Position numbers and translations under genes: made by a program | Source: Takakia lepidozioides | Lineage: Eukaryota > Plantae > Bryophyta | Assembly: GCA_030704615.1 (NCBI GenBank) | Contig: CM060734.1 | Span: 3,410,001 to 3,474,000 of the forward strand | Direction: 5' to 3' | Length of the DNA: 64,000 nt | The notes under the pieces: generated by a model | What the model was told of the DNA's origin: nothing | Database searches by the model: none | The model's input: only the letters and a program-made list of their open reading frames with translations | Shown: in pieces, positions 13,220 to 24,876 of the stretch | How the letters are laid out: the number at the start of each line of letters is the position of its first letter | Position numbering within the stretch: the stretch's first letter is position 1

Positions 13220-14145
13220 AAAAAATCGGCGCCAAATTTCCATCCAGCGGATGAAGTATGACGCAACGAGGCCCTCCCTCCGCCCGAGCAGTTCTCATCA
13301 AGGAGACGCCGGATGGAAATCCGGTGCCGCATTTCCATCCGCCAGGTAAGTCATAGGGGCGCCGGATGGAAATCCGGCGCCGAATTTCCATCCTGCAGGT
13401 AAGTCGGAGCGCGGGCGGATGGAAATCCGGCGCCGAATTTCCATCCGCCAGGTAAGTCGGAGCGCGGGCGGATGGAAATCCGGCGTCGAATTTCCATCCT
13501 GCAGGTAACTCGGAGCGCGGACGGATGGAAATCCGGCGCCGAATTTCCATCCTGCAGGTAATTCGGTCCACCTCATCGATGGAAAACCGGCAACGAATTT
13601 GTCTTTAGCGGACCAGAATGGTGGGAATAACGTGCGAAATGTGGCATGTAGGCAAAAAAAACTCCAAGTTTAGTGTGTAGCCATACAAAAAAACGCGAAA
13701 AACTTGATGCAACGACTATAAATTGTTGAAGAAGTGCTGATACGGGCTTCATCTTACGGGCCTCGGATGGAAATTTGGCGCCGTTTTTCCATCCGGGGGA
13801 TGATCTGAGTCGGCCAGGTTTCGGCCTCTCCCCCCGAGACGACTTTATCCAACGGGCCTCGGATGGAAATTCGGCGCCGTTTTTCCATCCGGGGGATGTT
13901 CTCTGTCGAGCAGGTGTCGGCCTCCGATGGAAATTCGGCGCCGTTTTTCCATCCGGGAGATGTACTCTGTCAAGCACGTGTCGGCCTCCGATGGAAATTC
14001 GGCGCCGTTTTCCATCCGGGGGATGTTCGAGCAGGTGTCGGCCTCTCCCCCCAAAACGACTTCATCCGGCCGGCCTCCGATGGAATTTCGGCGCCGTTTA
14101 TCCATCCGGGGGATGTTCTATGTCGGCCAGGTGTCGGCCTCTCCA
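13220..14145. repeat. Type-A palindrome module: five 53-bp units, ~180-bp spacer, second array
   Basis: GGATGGAAATCCGGCGCCGAATTTCCATCC starts at 13311, 13364, 13417, 13470 and 13523. About five more palindromes lie at 13765-14110. Confidence 0.92.
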
Positions 14146-14210
14146 CGCTGGTGGTATCATCGACAGCTCCAACTGCTCGAGCAGTCACTCCAAAAGCCGC
14201 TACTCATCGC

Positions 14211-17200
14211 ATGTTTGGATCGCCCAACTTGGGGCGGGAGGGCAAACTAAAACCTTTTGTTGGTGGACGGGAGGACCTGCAGCGAGAGTACGACAGAATA
14301 GGCATTGGGGAGGTTGGTGCAGGCGGCATGGCAGGTGAAGGGCATCGGATGAGGACAACAGATCCGACAATGGAGGATGTTGATGCACATGCAGTAGGGC
14401 CCGCCCACGCAAAGAAGAAGAAGAAAGCCAAGCACATGCAATCCCCGGCGAGAGAGCCGTCACGGGCTGCGGAGGGGGGAGTGAGCAGGGCGCATGAGGG
14501 TGTCAGTTCGCCTCAATCAAAGGTGGTCGTCCTGGAGGGCTCCCCTGCTGCTACCCCTAGTAAGAAACAGAAAGCCCGTGAGAGGGCAAAAGAGAGGGCA
14601 AAAGAACAGGCGAGACAGAAGGCTAGCCAGGAGGAAAGAGAAAAGGCCACTGAAGAGGCCAGGGGTGTCGAAATGACAGATGCCCATGTAAGCGAGGGAC
14701 GCACAGAGACGGTGGATCCCTCCAAGACACCACAAAGAGGCAGTAACACACCGGTTACACCATCGCGGGCAGGAGCAGCCCCCGCAATTACCCATACGGT
14801 GGAGACTGGAGGAGGGGAAAGAACACCACAAAGAGCACGGATTGTGCAAGTTCGAGGTGAAGCCGGGGAGAGGGCAGTAGAGACGGGGAGAGTGCTCGAG
14901 GTGGTTCCGGCGGTGGTTGACCATGTTGAGGACGACGAGAGGGAGCTTTCTCACCAGGATGACATTCTCCCGGACATCCCCAGGCCCCAAACCCGGAGCA
15001 TACAGGCTGGATTTGGCAGTCCGGGTGGACTGTCGGAGAACCCCCCTGCAACAGACGTCATGTCGGAGGCGGATATGAAGTTGGCCGCTGCCAAGATGTT
15101 GGAGGCAACCCACAGCAACATTGGCAGGGTCCTGGGGGGCATGGTGTACCCGGCCAAGCTTCGGATTCCCCTTTGCCGCTTGGTTTCATTGCAAGTGGTG
15201 AGACCTGCCCTCCCAGGCGATATCGACAAGCTGAAATTCTCTTTCCGGGAGAGATATCGAATGGGGTCTGCCGCATTTTACGTTTCCATGGAGAACAACC
15301 ACGGAGCTTCTCGTGCCCACACTTCCGATGAGGTGGACAAATGGGGTCCCCATTGGCAAAGGCGAAATGAGGAGTTCGAGAGATTGATTGCTACTGATCC
15401 TCTTTTCGAGCACTTGTCCGGAAAGATGTTTTACGTGTGGGACGGCAATCATCGCCTCCTGGCATAGATGGAGTACATAGCCCAAGCCCACCCCAACGAC
15501 CTGGATTGGCATTTCGCCGTGGAGTGTGTTGTGCTCAAGGTTGCGGGGCCCAAAGATCACAGTCTTCTCAAAGCGGCAATGGCAGACATCAACTCGTAAA
15601 TTACAATGCTTCTTGCTTTGGAACTTTGAATTTGAAACAGTCATTTCATTGCCAATCGTCATATTTGTTGCAAATTCTCAATTCTGTATTGTTTAATGGA
15701 AATGTGGCATTGCAGGGTGACTGAGAATGCCTTCATTGCCACCAACTTGTCCCATATGCTCTTCCGAGTGAAGGATGTCGGGAAGCAGGGGGTGCAAGAG
15801 TTTGCCAATTCGCTCAGTGCCGACCTTCTGCGCAAGTCGGAGGCAAAGGCAGACAGAACCTGGTATAGGCTGAGCATGGACGCCATGGTGGACTACATAT
15901 TTCGGGTAAAGCTCCTCACTATTTTTTTGAGCTAATCTGTCTCTCCTCCCCCAATAGAAGAAAAAGTGTTGAGCAGGATCTCTAATCTTATGTGCGCATT
16001 CTTGACAAACAAAAATTCGGCAGGATTTGGCACATGCGCGGAGGTTCTACATGGAGTCAGAGGAGAAGAAACTAACCCTCCCGACACTGGAATCGTATCT
16101 CAAAACTGCGGAGGCCAAGGCCCGCATCAAGTACAAGTTGCGGATGGTAAAGTACGTGGCCATAGCTGATCCCGCCCTTGGTGCCGATTTTCTGGTGGAG
16201 GTGGGGAAGCACTACTCCCGCGCTCTGAAGCCCACGATGACATTGGAGAAGCTGCATCGTCTAGCCACATCCTGTGTGGATGCAACAGAAAAGGTCATAC
16301 ATTCTTAACCAAATTGTCGTGGCAGCAATTCGTTTTTGTGGTGTTTGGCGCTTACTAATATGTTGGGTGGTTGGACAGACCCGGTGGCTCCAAATCTGGA
16401 ATGGTTCCCAAAGTACAAGGGACATGTGGAGCTTCCCCAAACCCGACAAACTGTCCAACCCCACATTTGACATGTGGATGAACCGCATGACATGGTGGTT
16501 TCTGGTACTTTCCCACGCTTCATTTGGGGAGTCTACTCTTGTATCGGATGGATTTATTATATTTTTTGAGGAAAGCGGTCTGATGGAGAATCTCCACAGG
16601 TGACGACGAATGCGCAAGAGCAGCTTCACATCAGTTCAAGCTGGAGATTTCTGGTGAAGCTGAGAGCCTACGCGACTATGTGACGAGGTACTTTCTGCTC
16701 TACAAAACCGAACTATTCTTTCGAGAGATACCCCATGCCCGCCGGAGCCACGAGTTCACCGACCAGCCGAACGCGGAGAAAGCGGCAATGCGCCTTCTGT
16801 ACAGTTACATACGTTGTGCCTTTCTTTTTAGTCCTAACATTTCCAGGATGTAAGAGGCCCTATGTGGCACATGAAAATTAGTTGTGGTCCTAGGAGAAAT
16901 GGCGCCGAATTTCCGAATTCGGGCCCTAGGGGATGGCTGTCCAGGGGGTGCCTGGCACTCAGTCCGGAAATTCGGCGCCATTTTTCCAGTTGCAGGCCCA
17001 GTCAGATCTGGGACTTTGCCATTCTCGGCCCCAACCTAGGAAAATGGCGCCGAATTTCCAGTTGAGGGCCCCGAAAATGGCTAGGTCCCTGGGGTGGCTG
17101 GCAATGAATCCGGAAATTCGGCGCCATTTTTCCAGATCAGGGCAAAGTCAGCTCTGGGACTTAGCCATTTTTGGGCCCAACCTGGGAAAATGGTGCCGAA

Positions 17201-20190
17201 TATCCAATGCAGGGCCCCGAAAATGGCTAAGTTCCAGAGCTGGCAGGCACCGAAACAGGAAATTCGGCGCCATTTTTCTGGTTCCGGGCCCAGTGAGTTC
17301 TGGGACTTAGGCATATTCGGCCCAACTTGGGAAAATGGCGCCGGTTTTCCAATGCAGGGCCCCAAAAATGGTTAAGTCCCTACAGTGGCAAGCACCGAAA
17401 CCGAAAATTCGGCGCCATTTTTCCAGTTCCGGGCCCAGTCAGTTCTGGGACTTAGCCATTTTCGGGCCCAGGAAAAATGGCGCCGAATTTCCAGTGAACG
17501 GCCCCGAAAATGGCTAAGTCCCTTTAGAGGCAGGCACCGAAACTGGAAATTCGGCGCCATTTTTCCATTTCCGGGCCCAGTGAGTTCTGGGACTTAGGCA
17601 TATTCGGCCCCAACCTGGGAAAATGGCGCCGGTTTTCCAATGCAGGGCCCCTAGTGTGGCAGGCACCGAAACCGGAAATTCGGCGCCATTTTTCCAGTTC
17701 TGGGACTTAGCCATTTTCGGCCCCAATCTGGAAAAATGGCACCGAATTTCCAGTTCCGGGCCTAGTCATTTTCATTCCTTAAAATTTACCTTGTTCCCGG
17801 GACCTCATTTTGTGTGTTTCTTGAATGCAGGTACTGTAAGTTCTCCCTTTTGGAGAAAAGACATCTGTCCTTCGAGCCGCCATTCTTCCTCGCATGGAGG
17901 AACCCTGGGGCTGACTCCATGTACACTGACGTTATTGTGAAGAAGTGGCATCTGGAACATTTGCGCGACTGCCCTTGGTATGTGGACCTTCCGCCCAGCT
18001 CGCTCGACCCATCCGAGTTTCAATTGAAGCTGGATGCTGAGGCTCGACGAAACCGGGCTCCGCTGCCTCCGCTGGGTCCAAAGGAGGCGAGAGCGCTTGC
18101 CTAATCCAGGAAAGCGGCAGAGCTTGCTCAGGCAGGTATTCAAGAGAAATTGAATGAGAAGAATAAAAGACAAAAGAAAAGGACATGGAAACAGGGGAGT
18201 ACAGTAACCCCCAAAAAACAAAACCACCGGGGCACCAGAGGAGGCGCAGGAGGGGCCCCAAGGGATTGACTCCGACGACGACTTTGTGCAAGGTCTTGCG
18301 ACTGCTGCTGCTGCTGCTGCTACCAAGTCACCGGTCGTCCGGGTTCCCAAGTCAGTTCGGTCTGGGACTGGCTCTGCCAAGAAGTTGGCATTTGAGGGCG
18401 AGCCTACACGGCGGTATTCGACGGTGACGTTTCTGAAGACGCCAAAGCTAGAACCCCCAACCATCATCCAATGTGTCAATGAGAGCTTCCTTGACGCTCT
18501 GGTTGCCAGGGCGAAGAAGGTGACACACAGCAAGTCTGTGGAGGAGCAGAAGGGGAAAGCCAAGAAGAGGGCTCCCAGTACAGAGCCTAAAGACACCCCT
18601 GGTTTCGAATCCATGATGGAATTCTTCACGGCTGTGAGCACGGATTGCAAGAGCACTCAGGGTGGGGTTGAGGTGGAGAGAGCCTGCGATATGATTCTCC
18701 TCGATATTCTAGATGGGGAGTTGCTGGAGGGCCTGGATGGTGTGCCCACCTGGAACAGGTTTACTGAGGACTATTGGAGAGCCGGGTTTGGGCTGGCGGG
18801 GATGCTCCTGGATGACGGTGGATGTATGGTGGTCCTTGCCACAAGAGGGAAGACCACAGACAATGCTGTAGCAAGGTGGACACCGAAAAGTGTCACCCCG
18901 GTCTTCCTCAAAAAATGGTTTTGCATCAATACGCAGGGGTTGCGAACAGAGGGCCAGAGTGTAAGTTATCAATCTATTGCATTCACTTCATATTGTGGTG
19001 TATGTAAACTAGACCCTAGAGTTGATCCCTCTTTTGTTGGATGTGCAGACATTGGTGTTTGAGGCATATTGTTTTGTGAAGAGAGGGTCTACGTTCAAAT
19101 TCCGCAACGACGGTCGTCTTGTTGATGTCGCTGTGGACCCTGTTACCTACGATGTCCTCTACAACTATGTGCCCCACTCCTGTATGCCGAAGGACACAAA
19201 GACAAGCAAACTGTGGCGGTACAGCCGGACCCAGAGCCCTGCTTTCATCCAAACCCTCATGGAGACGTGCTCGGATGTCCAAGGGCGGATTCTTGACCTC
19301 ACATGCGGCACGGGTAAGCCTTCACGTGCATAGTTTGTCCCCTGGCCCGATTGCAATTGCATGCCGCATGCTACTAACCGCCCGCTTTGTCCCTCAGGTG
19401 CCTCAATGTGGGCAGGGACGTTGTCCGACAGGCATGTCTTCGCCTTCGAGCCAGATACTGCCCTCCACAACTCCGAACTTGCAGCGGCTGAACGTCTGCC
19501 GAAAGAGGAAGATGCATCCTCGGAGGATGAGGAAGAATCCGACAAGGAGCAGGGGGAGGTACAAGTTGGGATCGAGGCCGAGGAGCCCCCGGTTTACGAG
19601 TGAGTGGTCGCATTGTAAGTTGCCTCCTGATTTCGTGAGGCACCTCCATTCGCTCTCTTATTTCATTGAAAGACCCTTTTTTGCTTCTGCTGGTATTGAC
19701 ATTCTTAAAGTGGATTTGTTCTTACTGCAGGATGCCAAGTACTACAGGAGGAACGTCTACACCGCAGTTCATGGGCAGGAGGAACGTGCCTTTTTTTGCC
19801 AGGGGGGATTTCATGGCTAGTCCAGAAAGGGACTACATCCTTCCTACTTATGTTGCCCGGCTTGCTTCGGTGTCCATTAGGAGGTCTTCCGAACCTAGTC
19901 GTGTACAGCAGATTTTAGACGAGGCAAGCCTCAAGAAAATGAAGATGAGGGAGGAGGCAACAGCTATTAAAGCCCGTTAGGCTCGTCGATTTGTCTTGGA
20001 TTCTGCTGAGGAAAGTGGGGGAGAAGAGGCAGAAGATTCCCAGGAGGTGAGGTGGACAGTCCCCCAAGGAGAGGATAGAATTTTTGAGAGGCATAGTGGA
20101 ACTGATGCATCACAGAGCTCGGAGGATGGGGGGGATGAGGGGGATGGGGAGGAAGGCGGGGCAAGTTCCTCGGAGGGTGTAGGAGAGTAG
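14211..20190 (+). pseudogene. Multi-exon ParB/Srx-like + beta-class N6A/N4C DNA methyltransferase-like gene (disabled copy)
   Basis: ParB-like: VWDGNHRLLA*(TAG at 15465, probably from TGG)...VECVVL...AMADIN. GT-AG introns at about 15596-15715, 15906-16023, 18961-19047 and 19314-19397. MTase-like: DMILLDILDG, LLDDGGCMVV, then TQSPAFIQTLMETCSDVQGRILDLTCGTG|ASMWAGTLSDRHVFAFEPD. Start and 3' end are approximate. Confidence 0.75.
16890..17765. repeat. Intronic ~146-bp tandem array with alternating-orientation GGAAATTCGGCGCCATTTTTCC motifs
   Basis: The motif recurs near 16966, 17112, 17259, 17404, 17546 and 17674, with inverted copies in between. It shares its core with the type-A palindrome. Confidence 0.88.
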
Positions 20191-20732
20191 TGACCATTCC
20201 GGCTATGACAGTTACGACACACTTGTATAGATGTGGCTTGCCACAAAATTTGCAATAAAATGTTGCATTTCATTGCTATGACGAGTCCACTGGTGCCAAA
20301 TTCCAACTTCATATGACCCTATTTCCGTGCCTCCTAACCCTATTTCCATGGACACACAATGGTCCGCTCATGCTTTTTTTTTTCCCGCTCATGCTCATGC
20401 CGCTCATGAAATAGCAACACCTAAGAAGACCTAAACAATTTTTTTCTTCAGTACATACAATGTTCTATTCAAATTACATGTTAATACTTTTCTTTTAGCC
20501 ATTTAAAAGGTTAGGCCCGAGATTTCATTTATTTTTAAGGATGAAAGTAAATATGGAACTCAAGCAATGACGACGATGATTCATGTTATGAAATATTGTA
20601 TATATTGTTTGATATGCCAATTGAGAAGTGGACATGCAATTATCACAATGTCGACACCATGTCGATCGTAAAAAATATGTATACAAACACATGACAAGTT
20701 GCAAACAACCCAACATGGTTCATTGTGAATCC

Positions 20733-21969
20733 CTACCGATTGTTTCTAACTTGTCTCCAGAACACATCCCACTGATGGTTTTCCTTACGGCTCCATGCCT
20801 CCTTAGAGAACTCATATGAGGCAAACAACTCGGATCCGGCCCTAATTGTCCTACATGCACATGTCATGACAAATGTGGATATCGAAGGCACTATTCTCCT
20901 ATCCCCATCATGTCGCTCATCCCATAGTACATTGGTTCGTCTGGAGTCACCTATGGAACTATGGATGAGCCCTGCAACGGGGTCGCCATCAGAATAAATT
21001 CTCTCTGAGGGACTCAACAACCGCTCTCGTACGTCAATATCGTTCACGCATAGAACAAAAGGCCGTATGCAAGGGGCCACCCGACGCAATGTGCCCCACC
21101 CGGCTGTGGTGTAGTAGGGACCAAAATAGGGAAACAAGTCCACTATCCGATCTCTTCCACGGGGAACTGGGATGTCATCCACCGCAAAGAGCCCACGACC
21201 CATGGCCAAGTTAGTTGCGGGTCTTACACAATAGCGCCTACCCCAATAAACGAACGGCTCATTCTCAGGAATTGGAGTAGGAGGGCTAAGGGAGGTCATC
21301 CAACAAGCGGACTTCATTGATCTCATGAGCAACCTTCTATCATTCTGGTCCCGAATGTTTGGATCCTCGGCCCAATGAAGCGCAAGTGCAGGACGGACCC
21401 TACACTGCCGTGGAGTACGAGGTTCACGACGTCGTGTAGTCTCAGCATGGTTCTGCGGGAGAGGAGGGTGGGATGCTACAGAAGGTGGGGGTGTAGAAGC
21501 CACAACTGGAGGTGGTGGAATGGGAAGAGATGGTGGGAATGGATCAGGAGGTGCGGAAGAAAGTACAAGGGGAAGAGATGTGGGAGCGTCGAGTACCACT
21601 GGTAGTACTGGATCAGGCACACAGGGAGGAGAGGGTGGACATGGATCAGGATCAGATGGTGGAGCAAATACAAGGCCGGGATGAGATATGGGAACGTCGG
21701 ACGGTGGTGGATTGGGTACAAGGAAAAAGAGATGGTGGAGCAAGTACAAGGCCGGGAGGAGATGTGGGAACATCGGCGGGTGGTGGAGCAGCTGATAGAA
21801 GGGGAGCATATGGTGGACATGGAACAAGAGATGGTGGAGCAGGTACAAGCTCGAGAGGACATGTAGGAACGTCGGCCGGTGGTGGATCAAGTACAAGGCC
21901 GGGAGGCCGAGATGTCGATGCTGGTGGCCGTGGTCCGGCCCGGCTACCAAACCGGTTGTACGCCCATCC
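20733..21969 (-). CDS. Pro-rich protein with C-terminal SET-like domain (possibly pseudogene)
   Basis: YCVRPATNLAMGRGLFAVDDI...YFG...AGLIHSS...TNV...TCACRTIRAGSELFASY at ~21235-20808. GxGLFA and I.AG.EL..Y are SET signatures; the NHS motif is divergent. The N-terminus is repetitive and the start is uncertain. Confidence 0.7.
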
Positions 21970-22154
21970 ATAGCCCTTCGTCTCACGGATCTATCAGTGA
22001 CAGAAAAAGGAGGGAAAAAAAAAAAACACACCATGCTTGCCAAGCGACCCCCTAAGTGTCCCTTCAGCAACGCCCCCCCCCCCCCCCCCCCCCTCCCCCA
22101 AAAGCACATAGTACAACCCCCGGGCCTCCTGCAGAAGAAAAAGAACCCCCCCCC

Positions 22155-23121
22155 AGTTCTTTTGGGACACATTGTGTATAAAAAAAGACTGTTTGTAAAT
22201 CCTAGAAAGACTGAGGCTATTAAAGCCTCTCCACCACCAAGTAATGTTAAGGCTCTAAGGAGGTTTCTTGGACAAACCAGTTATTACAAAAGGTTTGTCA
22301 AACGATATGCACAGAAAGCAGCACCATTGAGCAAGCTCTTGAAGAAGGATGCAGGGTTTGCATGGACAGCTGAGTGCCAACACACCTTCGAGGAACTTAC
22401 AATGTCAGTAACAACTACATCTGTGCTGATTAACCCACATTGACATATGGTATTTCATGTACACTGTGATGCCTCTGGAGAAGAATTGGGAGCTGTGTTA
22501 GCCCAAAATGTCATAAGAAACATAGATTCACCGCTGTATTATGCTAGCAGACTGTTGAACATTGCTGAAATGAACTATAGCACCACCGAAAGAGAAGCTT
22601 TGGCAATGATTTATTCAGTCAAGAAGTTCAGGCATTATTTGTTGGGAAGGAAATTTATGTTCTATGTGGATCATCAGGCTTTGATTTATTTGGTAAACAA
22701 ACCTTTGATAAGTGGAAGGATAGCAAGATGGCTGATTATACTGCATGAGTTTGAATTTGAAGTTGTTTACAAACCTGGACGTTTGCATCTTGTGGCAGAT
22801 CACTTGTCACGCCTTTCAACAGGAGAACCCGCCACAGAGGTAGACGATCAACTGCCTGATGCAAGTTTATTTGCAGTAGAAGTGGGAGCAGATGACTGGT
22901 TCGATTGGCAGTGGCCAATCAGATATTACCTAACTCATGGACAGTGCCCATCTAGTTATGGGAAAGAACAAAGGATGAGGATAGCCATTAAAGCCCTACC
23001 ATATACTATGATAGGAGGAAAATTGTACAAGTTGGGACCAGATGGAGTCCTAAAGAGATGCTTGTACCATCATGAAATTAATAAAGTCTTGGAAGAAATT
23101 CACAAAGGGATAGCTCGGTAA
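22155..23121 (+). mobile_element. Ty3/Gypsy RT-RNase H fragment
   Basis: LGHIV...LRRFLGQTSYYKRFV; HCDASGEELGAVL...NYSTTEREALAMIYSVKKFRHYL...ADHLSR. In-frame stop at 22441. Confidence 0.9.
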
Positions 23122-24876
23122 TCCTCTAGACTCGTACGGATGAGCTTGGTAAACCAATGGTCATAGGTGGTGACGGGAGGCGCCAAAGTATGGTGATGCT
23201 TGGTGCGCAACCCCTTCAAACATTCAAGAAACCCCGCACACATTGCCTGCACCAATCCACATTCCTCCACATCCACCTTCATGTCACCCAGCTTATCAAC
23301 CGTATTTCTTTCATGCTCAAACTTGAAATTGATTCGCACGTCAATGCGTTTAAAAGCATTACGCCGTGCATTGGTCTCATTCTCCTCAACCTTATTTGCC
23401 TTCCTTACATTCTTTTGGCTTTCATTTCTAGTCCACTTCTTCTTTGCACTCTTTTTTTGCACAAAGAGCCATGGATCCTAACAACAAAGCGTGCATAGAA
23501 TTAGCTGGGCAATTCAAGCAAAACCTCATGTAGGAAAGTTAAGAAAAAAATAAGAAAAAAACTTCAACCTTATGGAACTTTGTGTGAAAGTGTCATTATT
23601 TTATGTTACCATCATAGTTAATTGATATTATAGATGCTTATGCCTCATTCAAACCTTATAGAAAACCTTAACATGATATTTATGCATATTCTAAACACTA
23701 AACACAAAAAAAGATCAAGTTAGCCGGATGTTCATGGGTTTCTATGAAGCTTAGAGAATTTCCCTAAACCCTTCACCTGATTTTTAGGGTTTAATCATTT
23801 CCAAACAAAGATCTCCAGCTTAAGTTACAAAAAAAATAGGTACATTAAGATTGAAGTATGCACTTTTGCTAACATAGAAACTCTAAGCTTGACCTCAACA
23901 CATATGTCATCCACTTAAGAGTACAAATGTATGCAAAGCTCTACCATCTTTAAACCACATGTAAGCACAAAGAAGAGGGAAGGAAAACATACCTCAAGTT
24001 ACAAAGAGGGCGATCCAAAACCTTGAAGCAATAAGACAATCCAAAACCTTAAGCAAGAAGGCACCCTAGAGAGCCATTAGCCCTTATGCTTCTAGAATAT
24101 TGGAATCCCTAATTTTGAGTATCTTATCTTGAAAGTGGATGGCTCAATCTGCCTCAGCCATCCACATTTGAGGCAGTGTATGCATGACAAGTCACAAGCC
24201 ACCACGTCATGACATGGCGGATAGGGAAGCGAGGGTGGCAAGGCGTGGGCGAGGGCCTGGGCGCGGAAGGCTTGGGGTAGGCGGGCCCCATGCGCCCGCG
24301 TGGCGCTGAGGAGCGGGGAGGAGCGCGAGGGCTGGGCGGGCTGGGCGCTCACGTGCGTGGAGGACGTGCCGGGGCGGGCAGTTTTTGCCCGGGCACCCCG
24401 GCACTATCCCTCAAAGTGTTTGGGACAGTGTGCCGAGGATGGTCTTGGTCTTTCTAGCTTGATCCACATAGTATTAAGCTAGAATTCTCTTTTGCAAGTG
24501 TGTAACTTCCCTGTCTTTAGGTATGGATACGTTCACCCTCTTGTCACGTTCTCTGATCACTGACTTGTGTGCGTGCCAGGGTTTTAATTTTTTTCCCCGA
24601 ATAATCCCAAATAATTGTAAGGGCTTCGTCCTCCCAAAAAACATATTATAATAGTTAACCAGGGCTACAATCCCCCTGTTTATCTATATATATAAAGAAA
24701 AATCAAAGCTGGAAAACAAATCAATCAGCTCTCCAACCCTAACGTGTGGCTGCCTCAGCCTGATCTGTGCCTTTCCCGTGGCGTGGTTATCAGCGCTCAT
24801 TGGAGCAAATCAAGGCCAGACAAATCAGTTTTCCAGCCGACATCCTGAGCCGTGAAGGGCGGTAGTCGGAGTAAAC

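Noticed and set aside
15465-15467. Programmed readthrough or editing of the TAG after DGNHRLLA
   Set aside because: It is most simply a TGG-to-TAG decay mutation; other stops and frameshifts occur in the same gene.
14211-20190. Bacterial or phage contamination as the source of ParB-MTase
   Set aside because: Multiple GT-AG introns, one within MTase motif I, and contiguity with plant TEs.
23100-24485. Possible Helitron or other DNA-transposon end (LGDMKVDVEECG, GC hairpin near 24370-24400, CTAG at ~24480)
   Set aside because: No Rep or helicase motifs, and strand and terminus signals do not agree.
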